Source of the DNA: Octopus bimaculoides
Taxonomy: Eukaryota
Assembly (NCBI RefSeq): GCF_001194135.2
Contig: NC_068983.1
Coordinates: 92,551,527-92,596,308, forward strand
Reading direction: 5' to 3'
Length of the DNA stretch: 44,782 bases
A model generated the notes under the pieces. It worked only from the letters and a program-made list of their open reading frames with translations. It was not told the origin of the DNA and ran no database searches. How positions within the stretch are numbered: the stretch's first letter is position 1; each line of letters opens with the position of its first letter. The translations under genes were made by a program, and so were the position numbers. Shown piece after piece: positions 1 through 10,199 of the stretch.

Positions 1-480
1 GGCTCAGTGGCTTGCATTACCAACACATATTCTTCAAGTTTCATGTCATTGTCTTGCATAGAGAGACTTTCAGGATAATCTAGTTTCAGGATCTCTTTTT
101 CAACCAGTTCCCAGTCGACTTTGTAGAAGTACAGACTAGATAGGGTTTGGGTTCTTCATTTGTGGTATACATCCCCTATTTGCTTTGGATCATGCATTGT
201 AAGTTCTGTATTATGGTCTGAGAAAATTGTTTGTATCACCTTCACGTTGTTAATAAGTCCTGTGTGATTACTGAAGCAGAGATCCAAGATGTTGCTCTTG
301 GTCAGGTACTATATTATTTGTTCCACGAATATCATTTTAGTAAGATCAGTGAGAGATCTACTTGTGACATTCCTGAGATTGTGTTACTTTCAGGTCATTT
401 GATTTTGAGAAAATTGAAATTGCCCAACAGATGTACTTTGATGTGTTGATCAAGTTTTGCGGGGTTTTTTAAAATCATTC
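1..480 (-). mobile_element. CR1/L2-like LINE ORF2 fragment (C-terminal part of APE endonuclease), decayed
   Basis: Minus-strand translation by hand: FVEQII*YLTKSNILDLCFSNHTGLINNVKVIQTIFSDHN...LYFYKVDWELVEKEILKLDY. LDL..SDH plus F.K.DW are the typical APE end and linker motifs. Contains stops and frameshifts. Confidence 0.75.
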
Positions 481-738
481 TCTCAAATTTACCAGCATAA
501 TTTGAAGCATTGGGAGGAATGATATAATTTATACATTACCACTTTAAGTTATTTTATATGCATATAGTATGTTGCAGAACAAGTTTGAATGTGACATCTT
601 TTTTTTTTTTGTGCAGATATACATTGCTACTCCACTATGACTCATTTCTTTTATACCCATACCCCTCCCCCCATACACACATACACATTATTTAAAACAA
701 TTTGATACAGATCTATGCAGGCCTCTAACAGAAGCCTG

Positions 739-1322
739 GGATCTTTTTTAAAACGGGAGCCACATTTTTCATTAATGTTTTACGTAGTGTTTTTGGTACC
801 GAAAGACTTTCAAACTTCGTATACTTATCTATTTTGTGTTATAGAACAGAAAAATATTTTTGTATTCGAATTTATTTCATGTAAAAAATTGTCTTATTTC
901 GATAATTTCAACCAATCACTGACGTCCATTCAGCCGATATACATTAAGTGCCGACTACATAAACAAACGATTCTTCGTTTTATTTGCTTTTTTCATTTTA
1001 AATTTGCTTTAACCCTAACCCTAACCCTAACTCTAACCCTAACCCTAGGGTTAGGGTTAGAGTTAGAGTTAGGGTTAGGGTTAATTGTTTCAGAATCGTT
1101 TGTTTATGTAGTCGGCGCTTAATGTATATCGGCTGAATGGACGTCAGTGATTGGTTGAAATTACAGAAATACGACAACTTTAACATGGAATAATTTATGG
1201 ATTTCTTTTTTTTTTAAGAAGACTAAGAGAAAAAGATGTTTTATATGACACATTCTACCAGTGTTCCAAGTTTCAAAGTGTTTCGTTAATGAAAAATGTG
1301 GCCCCCGTTTTAAAAAAGATCC
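739..1322. mobile_element. Non-autonomous DNA transposon (MITE/fold-back) with GG-terminal TIRs and 8-bp TSD (Merlin- or hAT-type)
   Basis: TIR ggatcttttttaaaacgggagccacatttttcattaa (739-775) matches 1286-1322 in inverted orientation with one mismatch. Flanked by direct repeat gaagcctg (731-738, 1323-1330). Inner inverted arms at about 903-974 and 1092-1163. Confidence 0.85.
1010..1083. repeat. (CCCTAA)n-(TTAGGG)n telomeric-like palindrome at the centre of the MITE
   Basis: taaccctaaccctaaccctaactctaaccctaaccctagggttagggttagagttagagttagggttagggttaa, read directly. Confidence 0.95.
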
Positions 1323-1518
1323 GAAGCCTGTCTCTTTCAGGCTTTGGATTGGCCATCCAATGCCTGAAAGAGATGGGCTGTGAATCCTCTCCAAAGCCTA
1401 ACAGACAGGCCTGCAAAACTTTAAGTCACATGGATCTGTATCAACCTGTTTTAAATAATACATGTAACTCCCACTAAATATGTTGAGTGCCCTTTTCTTT
1501 CATTTGTCTGCCCACTTA

Positions 1519-1552
<34 letters not shown>

Positions 1553-1554
<2 letters not shown>

Positions 1555-1782
1555 ATCATCATCATCATCATCATCATCATCGTCGTTTAACATCCGCTAT
1601 CCATGCTGGCATAGGTTGGATGGTTTGACTGGGGACTGGTGAGCCAGATGGTTGCACCAGGCTCCAATCTTATCTGGCAGAGTTTCTACAGCTGAATACC
1701 CTTCCCTAATGCCAACCACTCTGAGGAAGGGCATCCAGCTGTAGAAATTCTGCCAGATCAGATTTGAGCCTGGTGCAGCCAA
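1553..1782. mobile_element. SINE/RTE-type 3' tail with (CAT)n on minus strand, followed by a short inverted copy
   Basis: Same family as 22300-22466, 25660-25810 and 34848-35020 (ggaagggcatccagctgtagaaa...cccatgctagcatggaaagcggacgtt + (gat)n). About 1652-1714 is inverted relative to 1726-1782. Confidence 0.75.
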
Positions 1783-2359
1783 CAAATTTGGTAAACAAAT
1801 GAATTATAATTTTTCCAAATTGTTCAATATAGCAATTGAAAAATATTTTCCAATAAATCATAAATATTATAGAATTTTTAACAAGCATAAGATCTGCATG
1901 GCTTATTGTAACAGCAAAAATATCACAACACAACGTAAAAGTAATATCAAAATTTCAATAAGGCTATTATAATCAGTGTAGCTTAGTAAATATTCACAAT
2001 AATAACGTCAAACGGAATAAGAAAATTCAAATAGAAGAAAACACTAAGAATTTTAAAATCACCGAAAGGAAAACAACCGAATTTAACATAGTTAATAATG
2101 TTGAATTGAATAAAAATTCAGCTTGAAATATAACAGAGATAATGTTATCTAAAAGAGTCAATAGTAATAAAGAACTTGGCCAAAATGAATATGATTTTAC
2201 CTTGAATAATCAAATTAAAACTAAGTCTGAAAGAAATATAAAAAAATTATCTTTGCAAGTGTTCTCAATGGGAATCCTGTTATTTGAAAAATAAGTGTAA
2301 GACTAAAAATGTGATACATTATTTACATTTGACAAATATTTGTCCACATCTTGTTTGTT

Positions 2360-2402
2360 AACACATTTCGGCTGATATACCCTCCAGCCTTCATCAGGTG
2401 TC
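2360..2402 (-). ncRNA. Type I hammerhead ribozyme remnant (stem III and cleavage triplet deleted)
   Basis: Minus strand: GACAC-CTGATGA-A-GGCTG-gagggtatat-CAGCC-GAAA-T-GTGTT. Stem I (GACAC/GTGTT) and 5-bp stem II are present, but only 1 nt lies between GAAA and stem I. Confidence 0.7.
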
Positions 2403-2472
2403 TTGGGGAAATTTCGAACCTGGGTTCTCATTCCTAAGGTATTTTTCAATGTTGTTGTTGTTATTATTATTA

Positions 2473-2514
<42 letters not shown>

Positions 2515-2699
2515 TCACTGCCTGGAATCAACAGCCAGTGACCTGAATAATAATAATAATAATAACAACAACATCNNNNNNNNNNNNNNNNNNNNNNNNN
2601 NNNNNNNNNNNNNNNNNNNNNNNNNNNNNNNNNNNNNNNNNNNNNNNNNNNNNNNNNNNNNNNNNNNNNNNNNNNNNNNNNNNNNNNNNNNNNNNNATT

Positions 2700-3022
2700 C
2701 TTTGGAAGCCTGGTACTTATTCTATCGGTTTCTTATGCCGAACTGCTAAGTTATGGGGACATAAACACACCACCATCGGTTGTCAAGCGATGCTGGGGGG
2801 ACAAACACAGACACACAAACATATACACACACATACTCACACATATATATATACATATATATAACAAGCTTCTTTCAGTTTCCGTCTATCAAATCCATTC
2901 ACAAGGCTTTGGTCGGCCCGAGGCTATAGTAGAAGACACTTGCCCAAGGTGCTACGCAGTGGGAATGAACCCAAACCATGTGGTTGGTAAGCAAGCTACT
3001 TACCACACAGCCACTCCTGTGC
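2700..3022 (-). mobile_element. tRNA-derived SINE with internal (CA)/(TA) microsatellite
   Basis: Minus-strand head gtggctgtgtggtaagtagcttgc...gggttcattccca (A/B-box like). Related plus-strand copy at about 31225-31400. Confidence 0.7.
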
Positions 3023-3546
3023 CTTTGTAAATAATTGTAAATAATGTACATAATTCCTCATCTCTTAAATATAGAACTGTATTAAAAATGTGATATATAG
3101 ATGTAAAGTTACATCTGAGGGTAATGAATACTTTTACATTGGTGCAACATCACTAATTTTCAAGAGGAGACTGGCAAATCATTTGAGTTCATTTAGAGAT
3201 AAAAATAAAAGATTCCAAACAAGCCTTACTGCAAAACCATACAGACCTGGAACTAAAATATGTGACTTTTGTTTAGAAGAATTTTACCAAATTTTTACAT
3301 TTAAGGGTAATGTAATAAATTCTAGACAGGAACAAGCTTTGAGATGCTTCAACATAAGGAAATTCACATTTGCCCAGCATAAATGAATAATAAACAACTA
3401 AATAACAGAATGTTTAGAAATAATGGACTGTAAGTGATTATCCAATCAAAACTTGAATTAAAGATAGTTTGCGTCTAACTTAATGAACAGCTCTACATCA
3501 TACAATGCAGAGTAGATAAATGAAAAACTTTACACAATTAAATTAA

Positions 3547-3630
3547 AGACCCCAAAGAAACTGCACCGGTATTATTGTAAGGTTGCAATTGCAATGGTTA
3601 CTAATCAGTGCAGTTGAAACGTGTAAGTCT
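3547..3630 (+). ncRNA. Hammerhead ribozyme of PLE 3' pLTR, long stem II, core partly mutated
   Basis: agacc-CCAAAGA-aactgca...tgcagtt-GAAAC-gt-GTA-agtct. Homologous to 38574-38657, which retains CTGAAGA. Confidence 0.6.
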
Positions 3631-3910
3631 ATGTAAAGCTGTATATATATAAAAAGAATTATAGGTAATACTATGCCACTTCGTGATAATCTTTATTATT
3701 ATTGTTGATATTATATACTCCAGGAAACCTATATGGTTAAGGTAACATACTCAGAATTATCCAATGGAATATATCTCTAAATTCTTATCTTATGAGAATA
3801 TTATTGGATTTATACATTAACTGTTGAATAACCTATTTTGAATACCTAACTGAGAGCAAACTGGTAAACATTTGGAATAATCCCTTACTATTCACACACA
3901 CATACACACT

Positions 3911-4742
3911 AGCTAGTTAGAAAATCTCTATAAGAGATGAAAGCAGTAACTATACTGAGAAGTAATGTTTATTGCCACTTAAACATGGTTGTTCCATAGG
4001 AACCAGCATTATTGTTGTTTTTAATCCTAGGAGGACACCTCTGCCACCTGGTTATTTGATGCAATCTGCACTCAATATATATTGCAAGCAGGGAAGTGAA
4101 CCCCTACTATCTTCCAGCCATGAGACCACCAGACTGTACAGTTTTAACCTCTTTGTGGTCATCCTCTGTGGTGGATACTCATCAGCTAGAGATAGCAGTA
4201 GTTCCCTCCAGCTCGCAATGTATAAAAATCAAATGACACGGTCACTGATCTTGCAACAAGCAAATTAGCTAGTTAGAAAATCTCTATAAGAGATGGAAGA
4301 TGGTAAGGGTTCACCACCACCACCCAGCTTGCAGTATATATTGGGTGTAGATTGCATTGAATAACCAGCTGAGGTTAAAAGTAGCAGTAACATTGATTCC
4401 TATGGAACAGCCATATTTAAGTGTCAATAAACATTACTTTTCAGTGTAGCTATTGCTTTCATCTCTTATAGAAATTTCCTAACTAGCTAATTTGCATGTT
4501 GCAAGATTGGTGACCGTGAGTCATTTGATTTCTATATATTGTGCACTAGAGTGAACTACTGTTATCTCTAGTGGATGAGTATCCACCAAAAAAAGGTTGA
4601 AACTGTGCCGTCTGGTGGTCTCATATATATTGGGTGCAGATTGCGTTGAATAACCAACTGGAGGAGGTGTCTTCCTGGGGTGAAAAACAGCAGTAACATC
4701 TGTTCCTATGGAACAGCCATGTTTAAGTGGCAATAAACATTA
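3911..4742. repeat. 356-bp monomer in head-to-tail then inverted arrangement
   Basis: agctagttagaaaatctctataagagatg starts at 3911 and again at 4267. 4294-4742 is the diverged reverse complement of about 1.3 monomers and crosses the monomer junction near 4490. Confidence 0.85.
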
Positions 4743-4749
4743 CTTTATA

Positions 4750-6310
4750 TATATCACACTATCCACATTGCCCTTGCCAGAGCACATTCTGTGGACCGTG
4801 CATCTGCTCTCTCCCCTGCACCTGCCCTGCTGTCTCCTGTTTCCCCTCACCTACCACCCCACCACCCTACCTCTCCAACGCATCATTCTCTGAGCCTTCC
4901 GGCAACTCCAGTCCGACCCCTCCACTTTGCACATCTTCCCTAACTGACCCCTCTCTCCTTCAAACAAGCCTACGAGACCTCTCGGTCCACAGCTTCTTCC
5001 CTAACCCAACCTCCCAACCTGGCTCGTTCCCCTGCTCCTGTTCACGCTGCCACACTTGCTCTTATCTCTCCAACACCACCCTCCTCACCAGCACCCATCA
5101 TTGACCCTATCATATCACCAACTCTTTCACCTGCACTTCCACCAATGTCATCTGCTGCATCTCCTGCTCTCTCTGCCCTTCTATATGCATTGGGCAAACG
5201 GGACGCCGCTTGGCTGACCAGTTCATGGAACACCTCCAAGACATCCGACTTGGCAATGACACTCCAGTCTTGTGCCATTTCCGCTCTACTGGTCACTCTT
5301 TGCAACACCTCTCTGTGTTCAGATAGTCCTTGCACAGGGACCATCCGAACTCCTGTCTTTGCTGTGAACAGGGATTAATCTTCTCTCTTCGCTCCTTTGT
5401 GCCACATGGGCTCTCCTCTCCTCCCCTCTTCATCTAACCCTCTTCCTTTCTTCCTCTCACACCTATTTCCTCCCACCCACCTTTCCTCTCTTGCTCCGAC
5501 TCCTACTTCTCTTCACTCCTACTCTCCTCTCTTCCCTTCACTCCTACCCACCTCCCTTCCCCTCTCCCTTCATCGTCACCCCTCCCTTGTAACCCACCAC
5601 TACAGAATCCAACCCCACCTTCCCTATCCATCCCACCCCAGCCCNNNNNNNNNNNNNNNNNNNNNNNNNNNNNNNNNNNNNNNNNNNNNNNNNNNNNNNN
5701 NNNNNNNNNNNNNNNNNNNNNNNNNNNNNNNNNNNNNNNNNNNNNNNNNNNNNNNNNNNNNNNNNNNNNNNNNNNNNNNNNNNNNNNNNNNNNNNNNNNN
5801 NNNNNNNNNNNNNNNNNNNNNNNNNNTAACCCACACCACACCCTTGCTTTCCCCACTCTCACCTCCTCCACATCCTAACACCACCACACCACACCATACA
5901 CCACCATACTACACAACATCACATCACACCACCATGCACACACTAGCGCTGACCACTTCCCAGCCCCTCACCATCATCCACACACCTACATATACACACA
6001 TCAAGGTCACCAGCCCTCTTCCACATGCACATACATGCTCTCTTATACACTTGCAGCACACCTTCATTTTATGATCACCATACTTTATTATCTCCCCTTC
6101 TTCCTAGCTCTCCTGTGTCCAGCATTCACAATGATAGATCGCTAGCCACTACACATTCTTTATTTTCTCTCCTTGTTTCTTTCTGTGTTCCTTTCTGTGG
6201 AAGAGCATAGGCTCAAAATGTTAAAGACTTTTTCACTTCCCAAGCGTTAAACTAATACATCTGTTTGTTGACTACACCACCTGTCTTCGTCTTTTGTTTT
6301 TTGTGAATTC
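4750..6310 (+). mobile_element. Penelope-like element (Neptune type), 3' part: Cys motif, GIY-YIG, low-complexity pLTR
   Basis: FPCSCSRCHTC (about 5027-5060), then FTCTSTNVICCISCSLCPSICIGQTGRRLADQFMEHL. The Cys-rich linker before GIY-YIG is characteristic of Neptune-type PLEs. Ends in a hammerhead remnant and (TA)n. Confidence 0.8.
6191..6226 (+). ncRNA. Degenerate minimal type I hammerhead at end of Neptune pLTR
   Basis: cttt-CTGTGGA-a-gagc-atag-gctc-AAAAT-GTT-aaag. Stems I and II are perfect. AAAATGTT is explained by CpG decay of GAAACGTT, but the core also deviates from CTGANGA. Confidence 0.5.
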
Positions 6311-6432
6311 TACCTATATATATATATAGCAGCTAAAAAAGCTGAGAATCCCATAGATAGCATCACTTGTAACTCACAAAGGCAAAAACAAGAAGAAAAA
6401 AAACAATGAAAACTAACCAATTCCGATGTTTA

Positions 6433-6491
6433 ACAGTAAACGCGTTTCTAGATCATGATTGATAATAATCAATTTCCTTCATCAGTACTGT
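6433..6491 (-). ncRNA. Type I hammerhead ribozyme (minus-strand arm of the fold-back)
   Basis: Exact reverse complement of 6562-6620. Confidence 0.7.
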
Positions 6492-6561
6492 ATTCCTGTG
6501 TGGAATGTTACTAGTCCATGCTCACACGGTTTGCTAGCATAGTCAAATTTACTACTGGAAT

Positions 6562-6620
6562 ACAGTACTGATGAAGGAAATTGATTATTATCAATCATGA
6601 TCTAGAAACGCGTTTACTGT
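6562..6620 (+). ncRNA. Type I hammerhead ribozyme, near-canonical
   Basis: acagta-CTGATGA-aggaa-attgat-tatt-atcaat-catgatcta-GAAAC-gc-GTT-tactgt. 6-bp stem I, intact core and GUU triplet; palindromic aaacgcgttt spans stem III. Base of stem II is imperfect (A opposite A). Confidence 0.72.
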
Positions 6621-7489
6621 TAAACATCGGAATTGGTTAGTTTTCATTGTTTTTTTNNNNNNNNNNNNNNNNNNNNNNNNNNNNNNNNNNNNNNNNNNNN
6701 NNNNNNNNNNNNNNNNNNNNNNNNNNNNNNNNNNNNNNNNNNNNNNNNNNNNNNNNNNNNNNNNNNNNNNNNNNNNNNNNNNNNNNNNNNNNNNNNNNNN
6801 NNNNNNNNNNNNNNNNNNNNNNNNNNNNNNNNNNNNNNNNNNNNNNNNNNNNNNNNNNNNNNNNNNNNNNNNNNNNNNNNNNNNNNNNNNNNNNNNNNNN
6901 NNNNNNNNNNNNNNNNNNNNNNNNNNNNNNNNNNNNNNNNNNNNNNNNNNNNNNNNNNNNNNNNNNNNNNNNNNNNNNNNNNNNNNNNNNNNNNNNNNNN
7001 NNNNNNNNNNNNNNNNNNNNNNNNNNNNNNNNNNNNNNNNNNNNNNNNNNNNNNNNNNNNNNNNNNNNNNNNNNNNNNNNNNNNNNNNNNNNNNNNNNNN
7101 NNNNNNNNNNNNNNNNNNNNNNNNNNNNNNNNNNNNNNNNNNNNNNNNNNNNNNNNNNNNNNNNNNNNNNNNNNNNNNNNNNNNNNNNNNNNNNNNNNNN
7201 NNNNNNNNNNNNNNNNNNNNNNNNNNNNNNNNNNNNNNNNNNNNNNNNNNNNNNNNNNNNNNNNNNNNNNNNNNNNNNNNNNNNATATATATTTTTGTAA
7301 ATATATATATATATATATACACATACACATATACACATACATATATGTTCTCCTAGTCCTAAGGTTTTGGAGACTTAGAGAATATAGTAATTCAGTGAGC
7401 AGTAATGCTTTTACGTTTAATTAACTGGGTATGTGCAAGAGCCCTCTACCTTTAGGCAAACATTTGCACAGACTTTCATCTTTTCTGAT

Positions 7490-9020
7490 GCTACCCGCTC
7501 ACTCTTTCCAACTAGTTCACACCCTTAGAACACCCACAATCAATGTAGGCACAATGAAAAGTAGGTTTGGTGAGATTATTGAAATGCTAGAAAAGAGACA
7601 TGTAGATGTGTGCAAGAGGTAACATGAAGGGGAACCTCAGCTAGACTTCTCATGGGTAAAGAACAGAGATATAAACTTTTCTGGGTGGACAATAGATGGT
7701 GTGGGAGATGTAGGCATACTTTCAGCAGAGAAATGGATAGAGAAGATAATCAAGGTAGTCAGAGTGTATGACAGGGTAACTAAGCTTGGACTAATCTTGG
7801 AAAATACAACAGCAGCATTTATTTCTGTATTTACTCCTCAATCAAGATTGGCAGATGAACAAAAGGATTGATTTTGTGAGGTCCTTTTGCAGGAGTAACA
7901 GTGGCCTTGTCTTTGTGGTTGGTGACTTCAGCAGACATGTTGAGCAGCAACCCAATAGATTCCATAGTGTACATTAAAGATATGGTCTTGATCCTAGAAA
8001 TGAGGAGACAATATGACTTTTGAAGTTCTGTGATGCAAATAATCTGATGAGCTGCAACACTGACTTCAGGAAACCAGTCAGTCACCTGATCATCCATCAG
8101 TCAAGTGCGCATACAAGCTAGATTTACTGCATTCTCATTAGAAAATAGGACAGATAAATGCTTCAGGATGCAAAGCCCTACTTAAGTGAGGAATGTACAA
8201 CCCAACATAGGTCAGACTTAAAGCTAAAAGGACTCAGAGTTGCAAACCAATCTGAAAAAGGAAATTATGAAAGCTTACAGATTCAGTGAGCAATCAGAAA
8301 TTTAGAGAAATACTAGCCAAAACATTCAACAAGAAGGAGGGGGTAGATAGAGATTTATAACATGGAAGAGACAAGTTCCTTTGTAGCAACCTAATGAAAG
8401 TAACAAATTAAATGAGTAGCAGGTCCATAGTTTCAGCCAGGCTATCAGTGATGTGGTGGCGGAACAGTGAAGTAGATAGAGCAATAAAAGGGACAAGACT
8501 AGTTTGGATGGATTAGAAGAATGAGGGTTGCAGAGAAATACACTAGTGGCTAGAAGAGAAGCTTGGACTTAGTAGCAGGGGGAGAAATGGAAAGAAAGAG
8601 GTTTTCCAATGGATCTATAGCATGAAACCCAGAGGTATGAGATGTTGTGGATTACAGGATGGTGTAACAGAGGGATAGAACTGAATACAAATGGATCATA
8701 GTACACATGCACTTAGTGATTCTGAAACGAAAAAGGTATAGTAATGCAGCAGTGAAAGGCTGTGGAGAATGCATGGGAAAAAGAGTCTTCCTAATATAGA
8801 CCCAATGGAGGTACTGCTCCTGTTCCATCAGGAATTACTACTGAGATGTTTAAAATATGTGGTAGAGTGGACTACAACCTAGTCACCCGTATCAGGTTGT
8901 TCAGGAAGAGAAGAGGTCATACCCAACAACTAGTGTAGCAGCTCCATAGTCAACTGCTACAAAGATAAAGCAGGCACTTTAGGTAGAAGTAACTGCAGAG
9001 GTATCAAATTTCAAGAGAAG
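7490..9020 (+). mobile_element. RTE-clade LINE, APE endonuclease to start of RT, heavily decayed, 3' end missing
   Basis: TINVGTMKSRFGEIIEMLEKRHVDVC; GDFS.HVE; FCDANNLMSCNTDFRKP; EECTTQH; ends at SNCRGIKF. Many stops. Confidence 0.8.
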
Positions 9021-10170
9021 ACTGCAACACTATGACTGGGTTTTGAAATAGTTACCCAACCACTCAAATGTGGATATTGTATATATCTCAATTTTGTGAA
9101 GGCCTTCGCAAAGGTTTGTGACATGTAGAATATGAAAACTAGGAAAGTGACTGCATGAATTTCTAAAAGATAGAAGTGTGGCAGCAGTACCAATGGGAAA
9201 CACAATTAGTGTATGGAGTCCTGCAGGGCACTTTCTTGGGGCTGTTGCTGTTCATAGTAGCCCTCTCAGATATGCCTTCAGCCTCACAGACAGCCACCCT
9301 TACAAGCTGTGTAGATGATACAAATGTCTCACATGTGATACAGAACCCTAACAACACCACATATCTGCAACAAGAGTTAGATGTAATATACAAGTTTGCT
9401 GAGGACAATAACATGCAGTTTGATGCTGAAAAGTTCCAAGCCCTATGCTATCTGCAGGCAAACCTAAATGCAATTGGGTATTGGCATGGTTAATGATACA
9501 ATCTTCCATATGCATATTACTAAGTTGGTAATGAGATGTGGGCAACTAGCTAGATGGATAGAACTTTTGGAACGAGAGAACAGGACATGGTTTCCTTGAG
9601 GACATTTGTCCTAAGCTGTTTTGACTATTGCTCTCAACCATGGTCACCACATAGTTTAAATTTAATAGCAGAACTCAAAGCAATCCAACAAAGCCACACA
9701 AAGAAAATAGTCTCAAGGTAGCTGATTAACTTAAGACTCAAGAGTTTACATCTCTACTCCCTGGAATGAAGGCAGGAAAGATATGCTGTAAGATCCTGGA
9801 AGGACTTGTCACAAACTTTGGCATTGAAAGTTATACTAACACTAGAACATGATGCCATCGCATAGTGCCAAAGATCTCCCCTTGCTATCAAAATACTTGA
9901 CCAGATATTGCAATACCTTGGGATTCAAGGGCCTACAACTCTTTTGATATTCTCTTGAAAGACTTCAGAGATCTACACGGGGTAGATGTAGACGTCTTCA
10001 AAATAGAACTTGATATCCTACTATAAAGAGTCCCTGGTGTATCAACTTCACATCAAGAAATGCAAATGGGGCCAGCGACATCAGACTCCCTCATTCACTA
10101 AATGCCAACTATTAAAGAAGGATTAATGAAAATGTAGCAAAACCAATGGTACCCCAGCCTGACTACAGCT
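9021..10170 (+). mobile_element. CR1/L2-like LINE RT 3' portion, decayed
   Basis: LQHYDWVL...VDIVYLNFVKAFAKV; GVLQGTFLGLLLF...CVDDT; LQQELDVIYKFAEDNNMQFDAEKFQAL; C-terminal FKIELDILL. Confidence 0.8.
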
Positions 10171-10199
10171 TTTCAGCTGAAGCAGACATACATTTATAT

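Larger units (their letters stand above)
2317..3082. mobile_element. Composite fold-back insertion carrying a hammerhead motif, 13-bp TSD
   Basis: taaaaatgtgata is duplicated at 2304-2316 and 3083-3095, but single-copy at the homologous site of the second PLE (about 42370). Inversion centre at 2521-2535. Contains an N-gap and a nested SINE. Confidence 0.75.
1785..3715 (+). mobile_element. Penelope-like element (Penelope/Poseidon type), 5'-truncated: linker, GIY-YIG endonuclease and 3' pLTR; interrupted at 2317-3082
   Basis: FGKQMNYNFSKLFNIAIEKYFPINHKYYRIFNKHK linker. NVIYRCKV...YIGAT...FKRRLANH...KICDFCLEE GIY-YIG domain (3090-3386). Colinear with the minus-strand copy at 38500-44250. Confidence 0.85.
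6396..6656. repeat. Perfect ~100-bp-arm inverted repeat next to a gap
   Basis: 6396-6497 is the reverse complement of 6557-6656, with a 59-bp spacer. Confidence 0.9.

Noticed and set aside
600-720. Strong poly-T acceptor (gtgcag at 611-616) as an upstream scrib exon
   Set aside because: No donor follows and the translation is low-complexity and unrecognisable.
1010-1083. Chromosome end-to-end fusion scar or true interstitial telomere
   Set aside because: The orientation is (CCCTAA)n then (TTAGGG)n, opposite to a fusion signature. It is short and sits at the symmetry centre of a TSD-flanked MITE.
5397-7424. Long ORFs in the track at 5397-6074 and 6591-7424 (also 34929-35681 and 37750-38596)
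   Set aside because: They are open only because they run through N-gaps or microsatellites.
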